From: a virus
IMG/VR virus record: IMGVR_UViG_3300045988_122050
Coordinates: 74,589 to 138,588 of that record
Reading direction: 5' to 3' (one strand)
DNA length: 64,000 nucleotides
The translations under genes were made by a program, and so were the position numbers. Under the pieces are notes generated by a model, which saw nothing but the letters and a program-made list of their open reading frames with translations, was not told where the DNA came from and ran no database searches. Positions within the stretch are counted from its first letter, which is position 1; each line of letters begins with the position of its first letter. Shown here in pieces: positions 37,443 to 46,456 of this stretch.

Positions 37443-37628
37443 ATGAGTAAACAAGAATCATTGAAGTTTTTGCAAGGTTTGATTGACGAAGTAGAAAATT
37501 GGACAAAAGAAGATATTGAGCGAGGTCGGAAGTTAATGGAGAAAATATATAAAGAAAAACCAAAAGAAGTTGAAAATAGTGATGGGTATTGGGAATTTAT
37601 AATGCCAGATGGTAAGGTAGTGAAGTAG
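37443..37628 (+). CDS. hypothetical small protein
   Basis: ORF. Confidence 0.4.
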   Translation: MSKQESLKFLQGLIDEVENWTKEDIERGRKLMEKIYKEKPKEVENSDGYWEFIMPDGKVVK

Positions 37629-37752
37629 ATATGGCTAAGAAACAAAATAAAAATTTTAAAATATTTGGTGTGTTTTTGGAATATAAAAATATTCTGCTCA
37701 AATAGTTTTTGAGTACGCCAAAAGTGAGGTTTGTTATAGCACTCACTAAAAT

Positions 37753-37876
37753 CTATGTTATTTTGTCGGATTTATGTTATTTGGGGGTTTGACAACTATC
37801 AAAAATAACATGGATACAAAACTATATGGTATTTTTCTATGCTTCATGTAATATTTGGCAACTATAAAAAATAACA
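37753..37876. repeat. two pairs of direct repeats (iteron-like)
   Basis: TATGTTATTTTG / TATGTTATTTGG at 37753 and 37772; TTTGACAACTATCAAAAATAACA at 37788 and TTTGGCAACTATAAAAAATAACA at 37854. Confidence 0.5.
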
Positions 37877-38068
37877 GAACTAAAGGAATTTAAACAAAAA
37901 AATGAAAACAAGACAAGAACGTAAACAGGAAATAAAACGATTCTTTGATCAGTTGAGCCCAGACGAATTGGACAGGCTATTAGAAAGAAATGGAATTAAT
38001 GACAAAGAGTCTGATGAGGCTCTTGCATATAGAATTATTAAAGAAGAAATTGAGAAAGGAGAGATAAC

Positions 38069-38374
38069 ATGAACCACTTTTTATATATTGAATCACGAGA
38101 AGAAGAGGATTCATCGCTTGACTCTAAGCGTGTTTTATTGAATGAAGAAAACTACAAACATATTATTGCATCATTAGATCATTATCCACCGACGGCAGAC
38201 GAAGTTAAGAAAGCAATTTGTATTTTGACGGGACGATTGATCTACAGAAGCGTTTGGAATATGGAATCTGATATTGATAGTTTAAATATGAGTTTATCAC
38301 CGCCAAAAGAAATGACGGTTGCAGAAATTGAAAAGGAACTTGGTTATAAAGTTAAGATTGTAAAGGAGAAATAA
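38069..38374 (+). CDS. hypothetical protein
   Basis: ORF with RBS AAAGGAGAGATAAC. Confidence 0.45.
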   Translation: MNHFLYIESREEEDSSLDSKRVLLNEENYKHIIASLDHYPPTADEVKKAICILTGRLIYRSVWNMESDIDSLNMSLSPPKEMTVAEIEKELGYKVKIVKEK

Positions 38375-38685
38375 TGCCAATGGCAAAAAAGAAACAAGGA
38401 ATGTCGTTTGAAATGATGATGCAAAATATGGAAATTAATCCAAGACAATTGTATCGTCGTAGTTCGTGGAAGAAGACACGAACAACTTATGATTATGTGT
38501 TTATGATGTGCGAAGAAGAATTAAATGAGATTATTCCATTTGATAAAAAATATAAAATGAAACCACTCTTATGTAGAGACCAAAATGGAGTTATAACATT
38601 GGGATGGTTGCCTACACAAGAGGATATTTTCGCAAATGATTGGGTTGAGCAAGGATGGGATTTTAACAGTAAAAGGAAGAGGTGA
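38374..38685 (+). CDS. hypothetical protein
   Basis: start overlaps previous stop. Confidence 0.45.
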   Translation: MPMAKKKQGMSFEMMMQNMEINPRQLYRRSSWKKTRTTYDYVFMMCEEELNEIIPFDKKYKMKPLLCRDQNGVITLGWLPTQEDIFANDWVEQGWDFNSKRKR

Positions 38686-38693
38686 GTAATTAA

Positions 38694-38978
38694 TTGAATT
38701 TTATAAAAGCAATGACTGCAATAAAAAAAGACAAAACTACTATAAGAAGAGGCATTTGGGGAAAGGAAAAGTATTTGAAAATTTATTCGTCAGAATTAAC
38801 TAATGTTTATTTTGAGTGTAATGATATGGGTGAATATAAGCCAGATTCAATTATTTTTTTATTTGATAAAGAAAACGCAGAAGTTTGGATACCTCTTGCG
38901 GAAGATGTATATGCAGATGACTGGGAAATATATGTTGAGTCAATTAATAAAGGTGAGCAGATAAAGGAGGAAAAATAA
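38694..38978 (+). CDS. hypothetical protein
   Basis: TTG start after AAGGAAGAGGTGAG. Confidence 0.4.
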   Translation: MNFIKAMTAIKKDKTTIRRGIWGKEKYLKIYSSELTNVYFECNDMGEYKPDSIIFLFDKENAEVWIPLAEDVYADDWEIYVESINKGEQIKEEK

Positions 38979-39931
38979 TGAAGTGTTTTTATCATGTTGA
39001 TCAAGACGGAATCGTGTCTGGATTCTACGTCAGAAAAGCTTGTGAACAGCGAGGTTTAGCATTTGAACCAGAGGACTTCCGAAAAATTAATTACGGTATG
39101 AAATTCCCGTTTCATGACATTGAGCAGGATGAATTTGTGTTTATTGTAGACTACAGTATTGAGCCAGAAGAGATGTGGCAGTTGTTCAGTATTACAAAGA
39201 ATGTATTTTGGATCGACCATCATCAGTCTACGATTGAAGCGTATAAAGATTTCAAGTGTGATGTAAAAGGAATCAGAATTACTGGAGCGGGTATTTCAGG
39301 AGCGAATTTGACATGGTTATATTTTAAATATATGTGTGATGAAAATTGGGAGCAAATTGAGAGGACGGATGAGAAAAATGTAAAAAGATTACTCAATATA
39401 TATAAATATAAAGCAGATTATCCAAAACTGGCAGAATATACAGCCATGTGGGATACATTTTATTTTGGTGAAACGTCAAAACAATTCGTAAAAGCATTTC
39501 ACTATGCATTTGAATCGTATGATTTTGATGCGTTAAGTCCATTGCTAAACACGTTAAATAAAGATCAAGGAATTTATGAAGCAGCAAAAATTATTGGTGA
39601 TATGATAGCAGATGGCTTATCAATTATTGAGTATTTAGCAGCAAATGCAGAACAATATCTTAGAGCATATGGTTTTGAAACCATATTTGAGGGACATAAA
39701 GTCTATGCAATCAACCGAGCATTAATCAATTATGATTTCTTTGAATCTATTGATGCTTCTAAATATGATATGTTCATTGGTTTTTCGTTCAATGGAAGTA
39801 TGTGGGAATATCAGTTGCGATCCGCAGAACAGGATAAAGTAAATGTGTATGAGCTTGCTGTGAAATATGGTGGCGGTGGTCATCCAAATGCAGCTGGGTT
39901 CAGAAGTGATAAGTATGTGTTAGGAGTGTGA
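38978..39931 (+). CDS. DHH/DHHA1 phosphoesterase, NrnA-like (oligoribonuclease / pAp phosphatase family)
   Basis: HVDQDG (motif I), FIVDYS (II), IDHHQS (III DHH), GGGGHPNAAGF (DHHA1 GGGH). Confidence 0.65.
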   Translation: MKCFYHVDQDGIVSGFYVRKACEQRGLAFEPEDFRKINYGMKFPFHDIEQDEFVFIVDYSIEPEEMWQLFSITKNVFWIDHHQSTIEAYKDFKCDVKGIRITGAGISGANLTWLYFKYMCDENWEQIERTDEKNVKRLLNIYKYKADYPKLAEYTAMWDTFYFGETSKQFVKAFHYAFESYDFDALSPLLNTLNKDQGIYEAAKIIGDMIADGLSIIEYLAANAEQYLRAYGFETIFEGHKVYAINRALINYDFFESIDASKYDMFIGFSFNGSMWEYQLRSAEQDKVNVYELAVKYGGGGHPNAAGFRSDKYVLGV

Positions 39932-39934
39932 TGT

Positions 39935-40720
39935 ATGTCAAGGAAAAATACAAGAGAATTTGAACTTGCTTTTAGTAAAAATAGAGACCCAGATTGGGAA
40001 GCCGATGTAGAGATTTATGGAAAAAGGGTTTTAAAAACAGTACGTGGTATTTGTCTTGGTGATGAATGGACAGAAATTAATTCATTGAGAAACAAGGATC
40101 ATATTGAGTTAGCGGAGATGTTTTGTAATTTTGACGATCATAATCCACATTTTAATCTGAGCCATCAATATGTTTTATTGGATAAGTTTTCTATAACATC
40201 TCCTGCGATATTGTGTAGTGATGAAATAGTTATGAAAAATGGCAAAGTTTTGAATGTTGATAATATATCAGCAAATCTATCAGGCAAAAATGAAGTATAC
40301 AAGATTTATTCAAATACAAAATATGATGATTATACATATTATGATGAATCAGAAAATTTAGTATTTGAATTAGCATCAAAAGATGTTGATAAGATAATCC
40401 GATTTATGAGAGATTTTATGGATGAATTACGTGATGCTAAATTAACAAAGTATAGAAATAGTAATTTTTTATGGAGACTATTTAACACTCTTGATATGCC
40501 ACATTTTAAACAAACATATTCCATGAATGATTTGAAAAAATATACAAACACATTTAGATCTGAGGTTTGTGGTCAACTAAAAGAAACTATTCCTAATTTT
40601 AAATATACTGGAGTTCCAATGGGCGGGTATATTGAAAGATATTTTGAATTAAGTTATGTAGAGGAAGTACAAAAATTCATTAAAGAACAGGAGGCAAAGA
40701 GATGTGAAGAAACTAAATGA
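39935..40720 (+). CDS. hypothetical protein
   Basis: ORF. Confidence 0.5.
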   Translation: MSRKNTREFELAFSKNRDPDWEADVEIYGKRVLKTVRGICLGDEWTEINSLRNKDHIELAEMFCNFDDHNPHFNLSHQYVLLDKFSITSPAILCSDEIVMKNGKVLNVDNISANLSGKNEVYKIYSNTKYDDYTYYDESENLVFELASKDVDKIIRFMRDFMDELRDAKLTKYRNSNFLWRLFNTLDMPHFKQTYSMNDLKKYTNTFRSEVCGQLKETIPNFKYTGVPMGGYIERYFELSYVEEVQKFIKEQEAKRCEETK

Positions 40721-41237
40721 TGAACAGCGAAGGCTGATTGAAGATAATTACTCTTTGATTTGGCATTTACATGAAAAATATTTTACAAAGTTTACAGATT
40801 TTGATACATATATGGATCTTGGTCGTATGGCAATTTGTAAAGCAGCATTAAAATGGGACGAGTCTAAAGGAACTTTTGGTACATATCTCTTCTGGGTATT
40901 ACGTTCAGAAGTGAATCAATATTATACAAAATGGCACAGACTAACAGAAAAAATGAATAGGAATGCTGAATCGTTAGATACACCATTGGCAGGATACGAA
41001 CCAGAAGATGATATTACAATCGGAACAACACTGATGAGTAAAGATAATGTAGAGGATGAGGTGCTTACAAAGGTACATTTTCAAAATGAGTTTGATAAAT
41101 TGGCACCGAGAAATAAAAAGATTATCACGTTAAAGCAGAAAGGTTTAACACAAAGACAAATTGCAAGTCAGCTTGGAATCACTCATCAGTGGGTTAGTCA
41201 AAATATTGTACAGTTTAAGAAAGCATTATGTGGATAA
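40704..41237 (+). CDS. sigma-70 family RNA polymerase sigma factor (regions 2 and 4)
   Basis: GTG start overlapping the upstream gene; region-2-like FDTYMDLGRMAICKAALKWDESKG..FGTYLFWVLRSEV; region-4 HTH LTQRQIASQLGITHQWVSQ; paralog of 47812-48351. Confidence 0.6.
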   Translation: MKKLNDEQRRLIEDNYSLIWHLHEKYFTKFTDFDTYMDLGRMAICKAALKWDESKGTFGTYLFWVLRSEVNQYYTKWHRLTEKMNRNAESLDTPLAGYEPEDDITIGTTLMSKDNVEDEVLTKVHFQNEFDKLAPRNKKIITLKQKGLTQRQIASQLGITHQWVSQNIVQFKKALCG

Positions 41238-41250
41238 AAGAGGTGAGATC

Positions 41251-42084
41251 ATGACAATTGAAGAAGTAAAAGATTACATAAACTCGTCTCCAGAGTATGA
41301 CTTTTTACGAGATTATCCTCACAAAATCGCTTTTCTCACGCTAGGTGGAAGTTATGCCTACGGAACAAATACAGAGGATTCTGATATTGATTTACGTGGT
41401 GTTTTCCTTAGTGATAAAAGAGAGATTTTGTTGAATAATAATCCAAATAATCTTGAAAAGACAGACGATCATAAAGATGTTGATACTGTGTTACATTCGC
41501 ATATTAAGATGATCAATATGCTTGCAAAGGGTAATCCTACGTTTTTAGAGCTATTATATTTTGCACCAGACCGCTATTTATATATATCTGATATTGGTAT
41601 GGAACTGATCAAAAATAGAGATATGTTTTTATCTAAGAGAGTTTATCATGCATATAAAGGATATATATGCGATTGTCTGACTCGAACGAGTTTTAAGTAT
41701 TATAAAAATAAAGATTCAGAGAAAGAAAAGCAAAAGGCAGAACGATACGCTAATAAATCAATGATGCATGCAGTTCGATTATTGTTGCAGGGCATTGAAT
41801 TATTGCATAACGGAACAATGTTAGGATCTATGGATGACATAGGAAAAGATCTTGTAAAGATCAAAGAAGGATATAATAGTACGCATAAAACATATAGATT
41901 TGGCAAACACAATGAGCATACAGAATATTTCCCAAATCAGTCATACGATGTTTTTATTGAAGGATTACTTTATCAATTTGATTATGATTATATGAATACT
42001 GATTTGCCAGACGAACCAGACTGGGATCGTATCAATAACTTCTTGATGACAACAAATGAACGAATTGTGAGAGGAATGGTGTAA
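41251..42084 (+). CDS. predicted nucleotidyltransferase (RlaP / PF10127-like)
   Basis: FLTLGGSYAYGTNTEDSDIDLRGVF is the hallmark of the 'predicted nucleotidyltransferase' family. Confidence 0.5.
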   Translation: MTIEEVKDYINSSPEYDFLRDYPHKIAFLTLGGSYAYGTNTEDSDIDLRGVFLSDKREILLNNNPNNLEKTDDHKDVDTVLHSHIKMINMLAKGNPTFLELLYFAPDRYLYISDIGMELIKNRDMFLSKRVYHAYKGYICDCLTRTSFKYYKNKDSEKEKQKAERYANKSMMHAVRLLLQGIELLHNGTMLGSMDDIGKDLVKIKEGYNSTHKTYRFGKHNEHTEYFPNQSYDVFIEGLLYQFDYDYMNTDLPDEPDWDRINNFLMTTNERIVRGMV

Positions 42085-42086
42085 AA

Positions 42087-42356
42087 ATGTATGTAAAGAT
42101 TGGAGACGAAATTGCTTTTCATCCTGGCGAATGCTTAGAAGAATTTGTTGAATCTTGCAAGATGACTCCTTATCAGCTTGCGAGTAAAATTGGCATGGAT
42201 GTTGATTATGTTCAAGGGTTGATTGACGGATCACAAAGTGTTACAAAAGAATTTGCGAAAACAATGGCAGACCATTATGGGTTTGCTGATGATGGTCAGT
42301 TCTGGTTAAATTTGCAAGAAACATTTGATAAGAAAGTAGGTGATAGGGATGTTTAA
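42087..42356 (+). CDS. HigA-like HTH (XRE) antitoxin-type protein
   Basis: HPGECLEEFVE...TPYQLASKIGMDVDYVQGLIDGSQSVTKEFAKTMADHYGFADDGQFWLNLQETFD matches the HigA signature (HPGE.L.E.F...FWLNLQ..YD). Confidence 0.6.
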   Translation: MYVKIGDEIAFHPGECLEEFVESCKMTPYQLASKIGMDVDYVQGLIDGSQSVTKEFAKTMADHYGFADDGQFWLNLQETFDKKVGDRDV

Positions 42357-42882
42357 ATTAATAAAACGCCCACGTTCTGATAACGATAAATATACTAAAT
42401 ATGATGTTGTGCTTGATAAAGAATATACTGTAGAAGAATTTATTGATGCGATTGCAGATGGAAGAAATGGAACGCATGGTCAAATTACAATAAAAAATGA
42501 TAAAGAAGCCATTGAATCACTTGTCTATAATATCGAGAGTATTGATTATAGACATTGTGTACTTCAAAATGCTGAAGAAAAAATTAAACAAGTATGGGCA
42601 AATGGTAGCTGGTTAAAAATCAATTATACTATTTTACTTGAAAATATAAAGGAAACACAAAAAGGTGCACTCAGATTTATTGTTAAGAAACCAGATGGAG
42701 AAGAATCAGTGGTTGTTATTTTTAGGAACAAGTCAGATGGCACATATTCATTTGTTAATTTGACCAAAGAGCATATTTGTTCATGTAAATTTAAAACAAT
42801 CGATGAAGCCATTCAGGATATGAATGACCGACTAAAGAAAGGATTGATTGAGTCCTATGTTATGAAAGGAGAAAGAAAATAA
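42340..42882 (+). CDS. hypothetical protein
   Basis: overlapping start. Confidence 0.45.
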   Translation: MIGMFKLIKRPRSDNDKYTKYDVVLDKEYTVEEFIDAIADGRNGTHGQITIKNDKEAIESLVYNIESIDYRHCVLQNAEEKIKQVWANGSWLKINYTILLENIKETQKGALRFIVKKPDGEESVVVIFRNKSDGTYSFVNLTKEHICSCKFKTIDEAIQDMNDRLKKGLIESYVMKGERK

Positions 42883-43220
42883 TGGATGTACATATTGGAG
42901 ATTTTTGGCAGAGTAAATGTAATCCAAAAGTAATTCAACATGTAGTTAATTTTTCATTTAGAATTGGTGGATTTCCAAGTAGTAAAGATATGCTACTGAT
43001 CTGTGAAGAATTTCATTATACAAAGATAGGTGAGAATCCTGCCTCTGTCGAAGAAGATTCCAGATTCTTCTCACATATTACAGTGGATAATTTTAAAAAG
43101 ATGAATCAATGTATTCTAAGTGCTGAGAGGATTATGAAAGATACTCAGGCATTTAAAACAGATAAAGATATTTTGGATTATTTAACGAAGAAAGTGGAGG
43201 AGAAATTAAATGCAAAATAA
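42882..43220 (+). CDS. hypothetical protein
   Basis: ORF. Confidence 0.45.
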   Translation: MDVHIGDFWQSKCNPKVIQHVVNFSFRIGGFPSSKDMLLICEEFHYTKIGENPASVEEDSRFFSHITVDNFKKMNQCILSAERIMKDTQAFKTDKDILDYLTKKVEEKLNAK

Positions 43221-43692
43221 TATATTTCAGATTTATTTGGCTGGCGGTATGCAAAACTTATCGTTTACAAAACAAAATGAGTGGCGAGAAAAAATTCGTA
43301 AATCACTTATCAGTCGATGTAAAAAAACATGTGCCGATACTAAGCCAATGAATATTATTAACCCTGTAGATTATTATAATTTTAAAGAAAAATTATTCGA
43401 TACAGAGAAAGAAGTGATGCGATTTGATACCAACTTTGTTAGAAACAGCGATCTTGTAATTGTTAATGCAAATGATCCGAAAAGCATTGGAACGTCTATG
43501 GAGATTGCGATCGCATATGAACACCATATTCCTGTACTGATTCTGAACAAAGATATTGAACCATTACATGCTTGGTGGATTGAGATGTCTGATAGAGTGT
43601 TTAGAGATTCTGACAGTTTATGCGATTATGTTACAGATTTCTACTTGACGATGAAGCATTATAATTGGGAGCATAACATGATGATAAAATAG
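43210..43692 (+). CDS. nucleoside 2-deoxyribosyltransferase-like protein
   Basis: IYLAGGM near N-terminus and DPKSIGTSMEIAIAYEHHIPV (NDT motif D.GTa.E.G.A.a.gkPv). Confidence 0.5.
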   Translation: MQNNIFQIYLAGGMQNLSFTKQNEWREKIRKSLISRCKKTCADTKPMNIINPVDYYNFKEKLFDTEKEVMRFDTNFVRNSDLVIVNANDPKSIGTSMEIAIAYEHHIPVLILNKDIEPLHAWWIEMSDRVFRDSDSLCDYVTDFYLTMKHYNWEHNMMIK

Positions 43693-43834
43693 GAATTTGA
43701 GGCGAAATGAAAGGAGTTGAAACATTATCACGGCAGAAAAACAAGGTAAGTTTATTATTTTCCATCTGGATGATGGTAAAACTTGCAAATATGATTTATC
43801 AAATGGTGATTGCTATGGCAAGAGCGGCAGGAAA

Positions 43835-44869
43835 GTGAAAGCTTTGAACAATATTCTGTCTGGACATTCAGCTGATGAATTGGATAAATTGTTTGTGTCC
43901 GATCCACATTATGCAGAGTTTCTAAAATATGTAAATTGGCGAAGAAATTGTGAAATGGGAAGAACTACATGGGGCTTCATTGATTATAATTTAGGAACTT
44001 TGTTTGAATATGCAAGTAAGTATTCTATGTGCGAGCAGTTCTTTGCTATAGGGTTTACACACAAACAAGTCACAGAAGATTTTAAATATTCAATTAATGA
44101 AGTACCAAAATGGTTGAGAAATTATTGTCTTGGTGTGAAGAATAGACGATTGTTAAGTAATGATTTTGTTGATTTTTATAAGATGTATCCAGATTATGTA
44201 CAAACGATTTTACAGACAGAGTATATGACATTAACTAAAGAATATTTAATAAATTTCTTTGAGGATAATCATAGATATCGTTTTACGAAAATTTTGGAGG
44301 CTTTAAATCAGGATTATGGCTATAATCTTGCAGATGTGTTTGTTTATATAGATAGAATAATTACATTTGAAGCTGCTACCAATAGTATAAATTGGTTACT
44401 CGGAGAATTGCGTGATTATGCCCGTATGATGGACGCAATCAGTCATAAATTTGATAGATATCCAAGACATTTCAAAACAACAATGGATATTGTCACAAGA
44501 AATTACAAAAGATTACAAAAAGAATTTTCGGAAGAAGTCTTTAAGAGCCGTATTAATAAAGAATACGAATTTACATATAAAGGACTGAGATTCTTTTATC
44601 CAGACTCCACTCAAGACATTAAAGACGAAGCGGTGCAGCAAAATAATTGTGTGGCAAGTTACATAGACCGAGTCATTGATGGCGAATGCCATATTATGTT
44701 TTTGAGAAACGCAAAAGAACCAAACAAATCCTTAGTGACGATTGAAATACAAAATGGACGAATCGTACAAGCACTGCAAAGATTCAATGATCCTCTAACT
44801 GCCGATCAACAAGAAGCGGTCGATGCATGGAATGAACATTTTAGTAAGAAAGGTAAGGTGGCAGCATGA
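43835..44869 (+). CDS. PcfJ-like domain protein
   Basis: C-terminal QQNNCVASYIDRVIDGECHIMFLRN...SLVTIEIQNGRIVQ resembles the PcfJ-like motif. Confidence 0.45.
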   Translation: MKALNNILSGHSADELDKLFVSDPHYAEFLKYVNWRRNCEMGRTTWGFIDYNLGTLFEYASKYSMCEQFFAIGFTHKQVTEDFKYSINEVPKWLRNYCLGVKNRRLLSNDFVDFYKMYPDYVQTILQTEYMTLTKEYLINFFEDNHRYRFTKILEALNQDYGYNLADVFVYIDRIITFEAATNSINWLLGELRDYARMMDAISHKFDRYPRHFKTTMDIVTRNYKRLQKEFSEEVFKSRINKEYEFTYKGLRFFYPDSTQDIKDEAVQQNNCVASYIDRVIDGECHIMFLRNAKEPNKSLVTIEIQNGRIVQALQRFNDPLTADQQEAVDAWNEHFSKKGKVAA

Positions 44870-45402
44870 TTAATATTAATGAATTGACTATAGATCATAA
44901 GATTAAATTAAAGAAGCCAATGGGATGCTTTGATAATCTTGGAGAGGTATGCGAGATTGTTAAGATTGATATAGATGAAAATGTTATTAATTTTAGATTT
45001 GGTGTAGATGGAGTGCATCTTGGTGTGATGTCGGGAGATGAATTAGAAAAATATTTTGATGTTATTGAACCTGCTGTTGCGCCAGATGATTATGAGTGGC
45101 ATCCATATGGGTTTATTGACGGATATCAGGTTGAATATCGGGCGGATGTCAATGGAGGAATTCATATGACCATTGGTTATAATGGATCAATTATTTCAGT
45201 TTCATATAACCATCCAGAAATTGGATATCGTACAATTCAAAATGGACAGCAGGGTAAATTTTATGAAAATGATTTAAAGGTTGCATTTTTCAAATTACAG
45301 AAATCATATTATGATCAATTATATAAAGATGTTCACTATGAAGTTGAATCTGAGTATTTTGCTAAGAGAGACGAATGTGGTCTTGAGCTTAATGAATGGT
45401 AG
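44866..45402 (+). CDS. hypothetical protein
   Basis: overlapping start. Confidence 0.45.
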   Translation: MININELTIDHKIKLKKPMGCFDNLGEVCEIVKIDIDENVINFRFGVDGVHLGVMSGDELEKYFDVIEPAVAPDDYEWHPYGFIDGYQVEYRADVNGGIHMTIGYNGSIISVSYNHPEIGYRTIQNGQQGKFYENDLKVAFFKLQKSYYDQLYKDVHYEVESEYFAKRDECGLELNEW

Positions 45403-45629
45403 AAGTAACTATGAAGGATGTAAAATTGATAATCCAATTAGCAAGTATTCTCATAGCATGTGTCGTTTATGTTGGAATATGGTGCTGGATTTATGACAAT
45501 AGAGATGAATACTTATATATATCATATCCAAAAGGGATTCCTGGAAGATTCTTGAGTATGTTCTCTCAAATATGGTGTGTTATACATATTGTTGGTGCTA
45601 TAGGTGCAATTATATGGGCTTGGTGTTAG
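45396..45629 (+). CDS. small membrane protein
   Basis: three hydrophobic segments. Confidence 0.4.
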   Translation: MVEVTMKDVKLIIQLASILIACVVYVGIWCWIYDNRDEYLYISYPKGIPGRFLSMFSQIWCVIHIVGAIGAIIWAWC

Positions 45630-45645
45630 AAAGAGGTGATGTAAA

Positions 45646-46044
45646 ATGTGCGATTTTAAGGTTGGAGATAAGGTGTATTTTGCTTGGTATGATGAACCAT
45701 ATACTGTTAAGTCTGGAATCATTACGGAGATTAAATGTCTTGGCGATCTAATATATATAATGATACAAGACAGTATAACGCATGGTTTATATATGGTTCT
45801 TTTAGAAGAGATATATCGCACTGAATCAGAAATAAAAGCGGTTCTAAAACGAGAGTTTTATGGAAAGGTAAATGAAGTTAAGAAAGATATTCATAGCTTA
45901 GAAGATTTGCTGAAATTTATGTATAACAATGATCTTACAGATTGGTCGTCGCCATATATAAATGGTTGGCAGACAGATTGGGTAAGTCGTGTTGCTGCAA
46001 GAGAACTAGCGAAAGAAATTTGCGGTATTGAGCTAGGAGAGTGA
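45646..46044 (+). CDS. hypothetical protein
   Basis: ORF with RBS AAGAGGTGATG. Confidence 0.45.
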   Translation: MCDFKVGDKVYFAWYDEPYTVKSGIITEIKCLGDLIYIMIQDSITHGLYMVLLEEIYRTESEIKAVLKREFYGKVNEVKKDIHSLEDLLKFMYNNDLTDWSSPYINGWQTDWVSRVAARELAKEICGIELGE

Positions 46045-46050
46045 TGAAAT

Positions 46051-46404
46051 ATGAATGAAAGTAAAGATTATAAAAATGAAAAATACTTGGTAGTAACTGT
46101 TGGCGATAACGATTTTTATAACGATATATATGTAGTTTGTAATTTGTTATATTATCATTTTCAAAGTAGAGGAGAGTATCCAGAATCGAAAGAGGACTTA
46201 GAACTACTGAAGCCAATTATTCAGAATCTAATATATCAGAGCACAGAATTGCGAAGATATAAGAATAAAGATTATCCTGCTAGCAAATTAGAATATTTTG
46301 TGCCCAACTTATGGTTTTCTGATAAATCTGGATTAAAATGGCTCGATGATACTGAGTTTGGTGTTATTCCAATGTTCAGTGGGTCAAAAGTTTTTATGAA
46401 ATAA
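46051..46404 (+). CDS. hypothetical protein
   Basis: ORF. Confidence 0.45.
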   Translation: MNESKDYKNEKYLVVTVGDNDFYNDIYVVCNLLYYHFQSRGEYPESKEDLELLKPIIQNLIYQSTELRRYKNKDYPASKLEYFVPNLWFSDKSGLKWLDDTEFGVIPMFSGSKVFMK

Positions 46405-46456
46405 AAGGAGAAACATAATGAAGAAAGAAATCTGCGGGATTGAATTAGGGAAGTGA

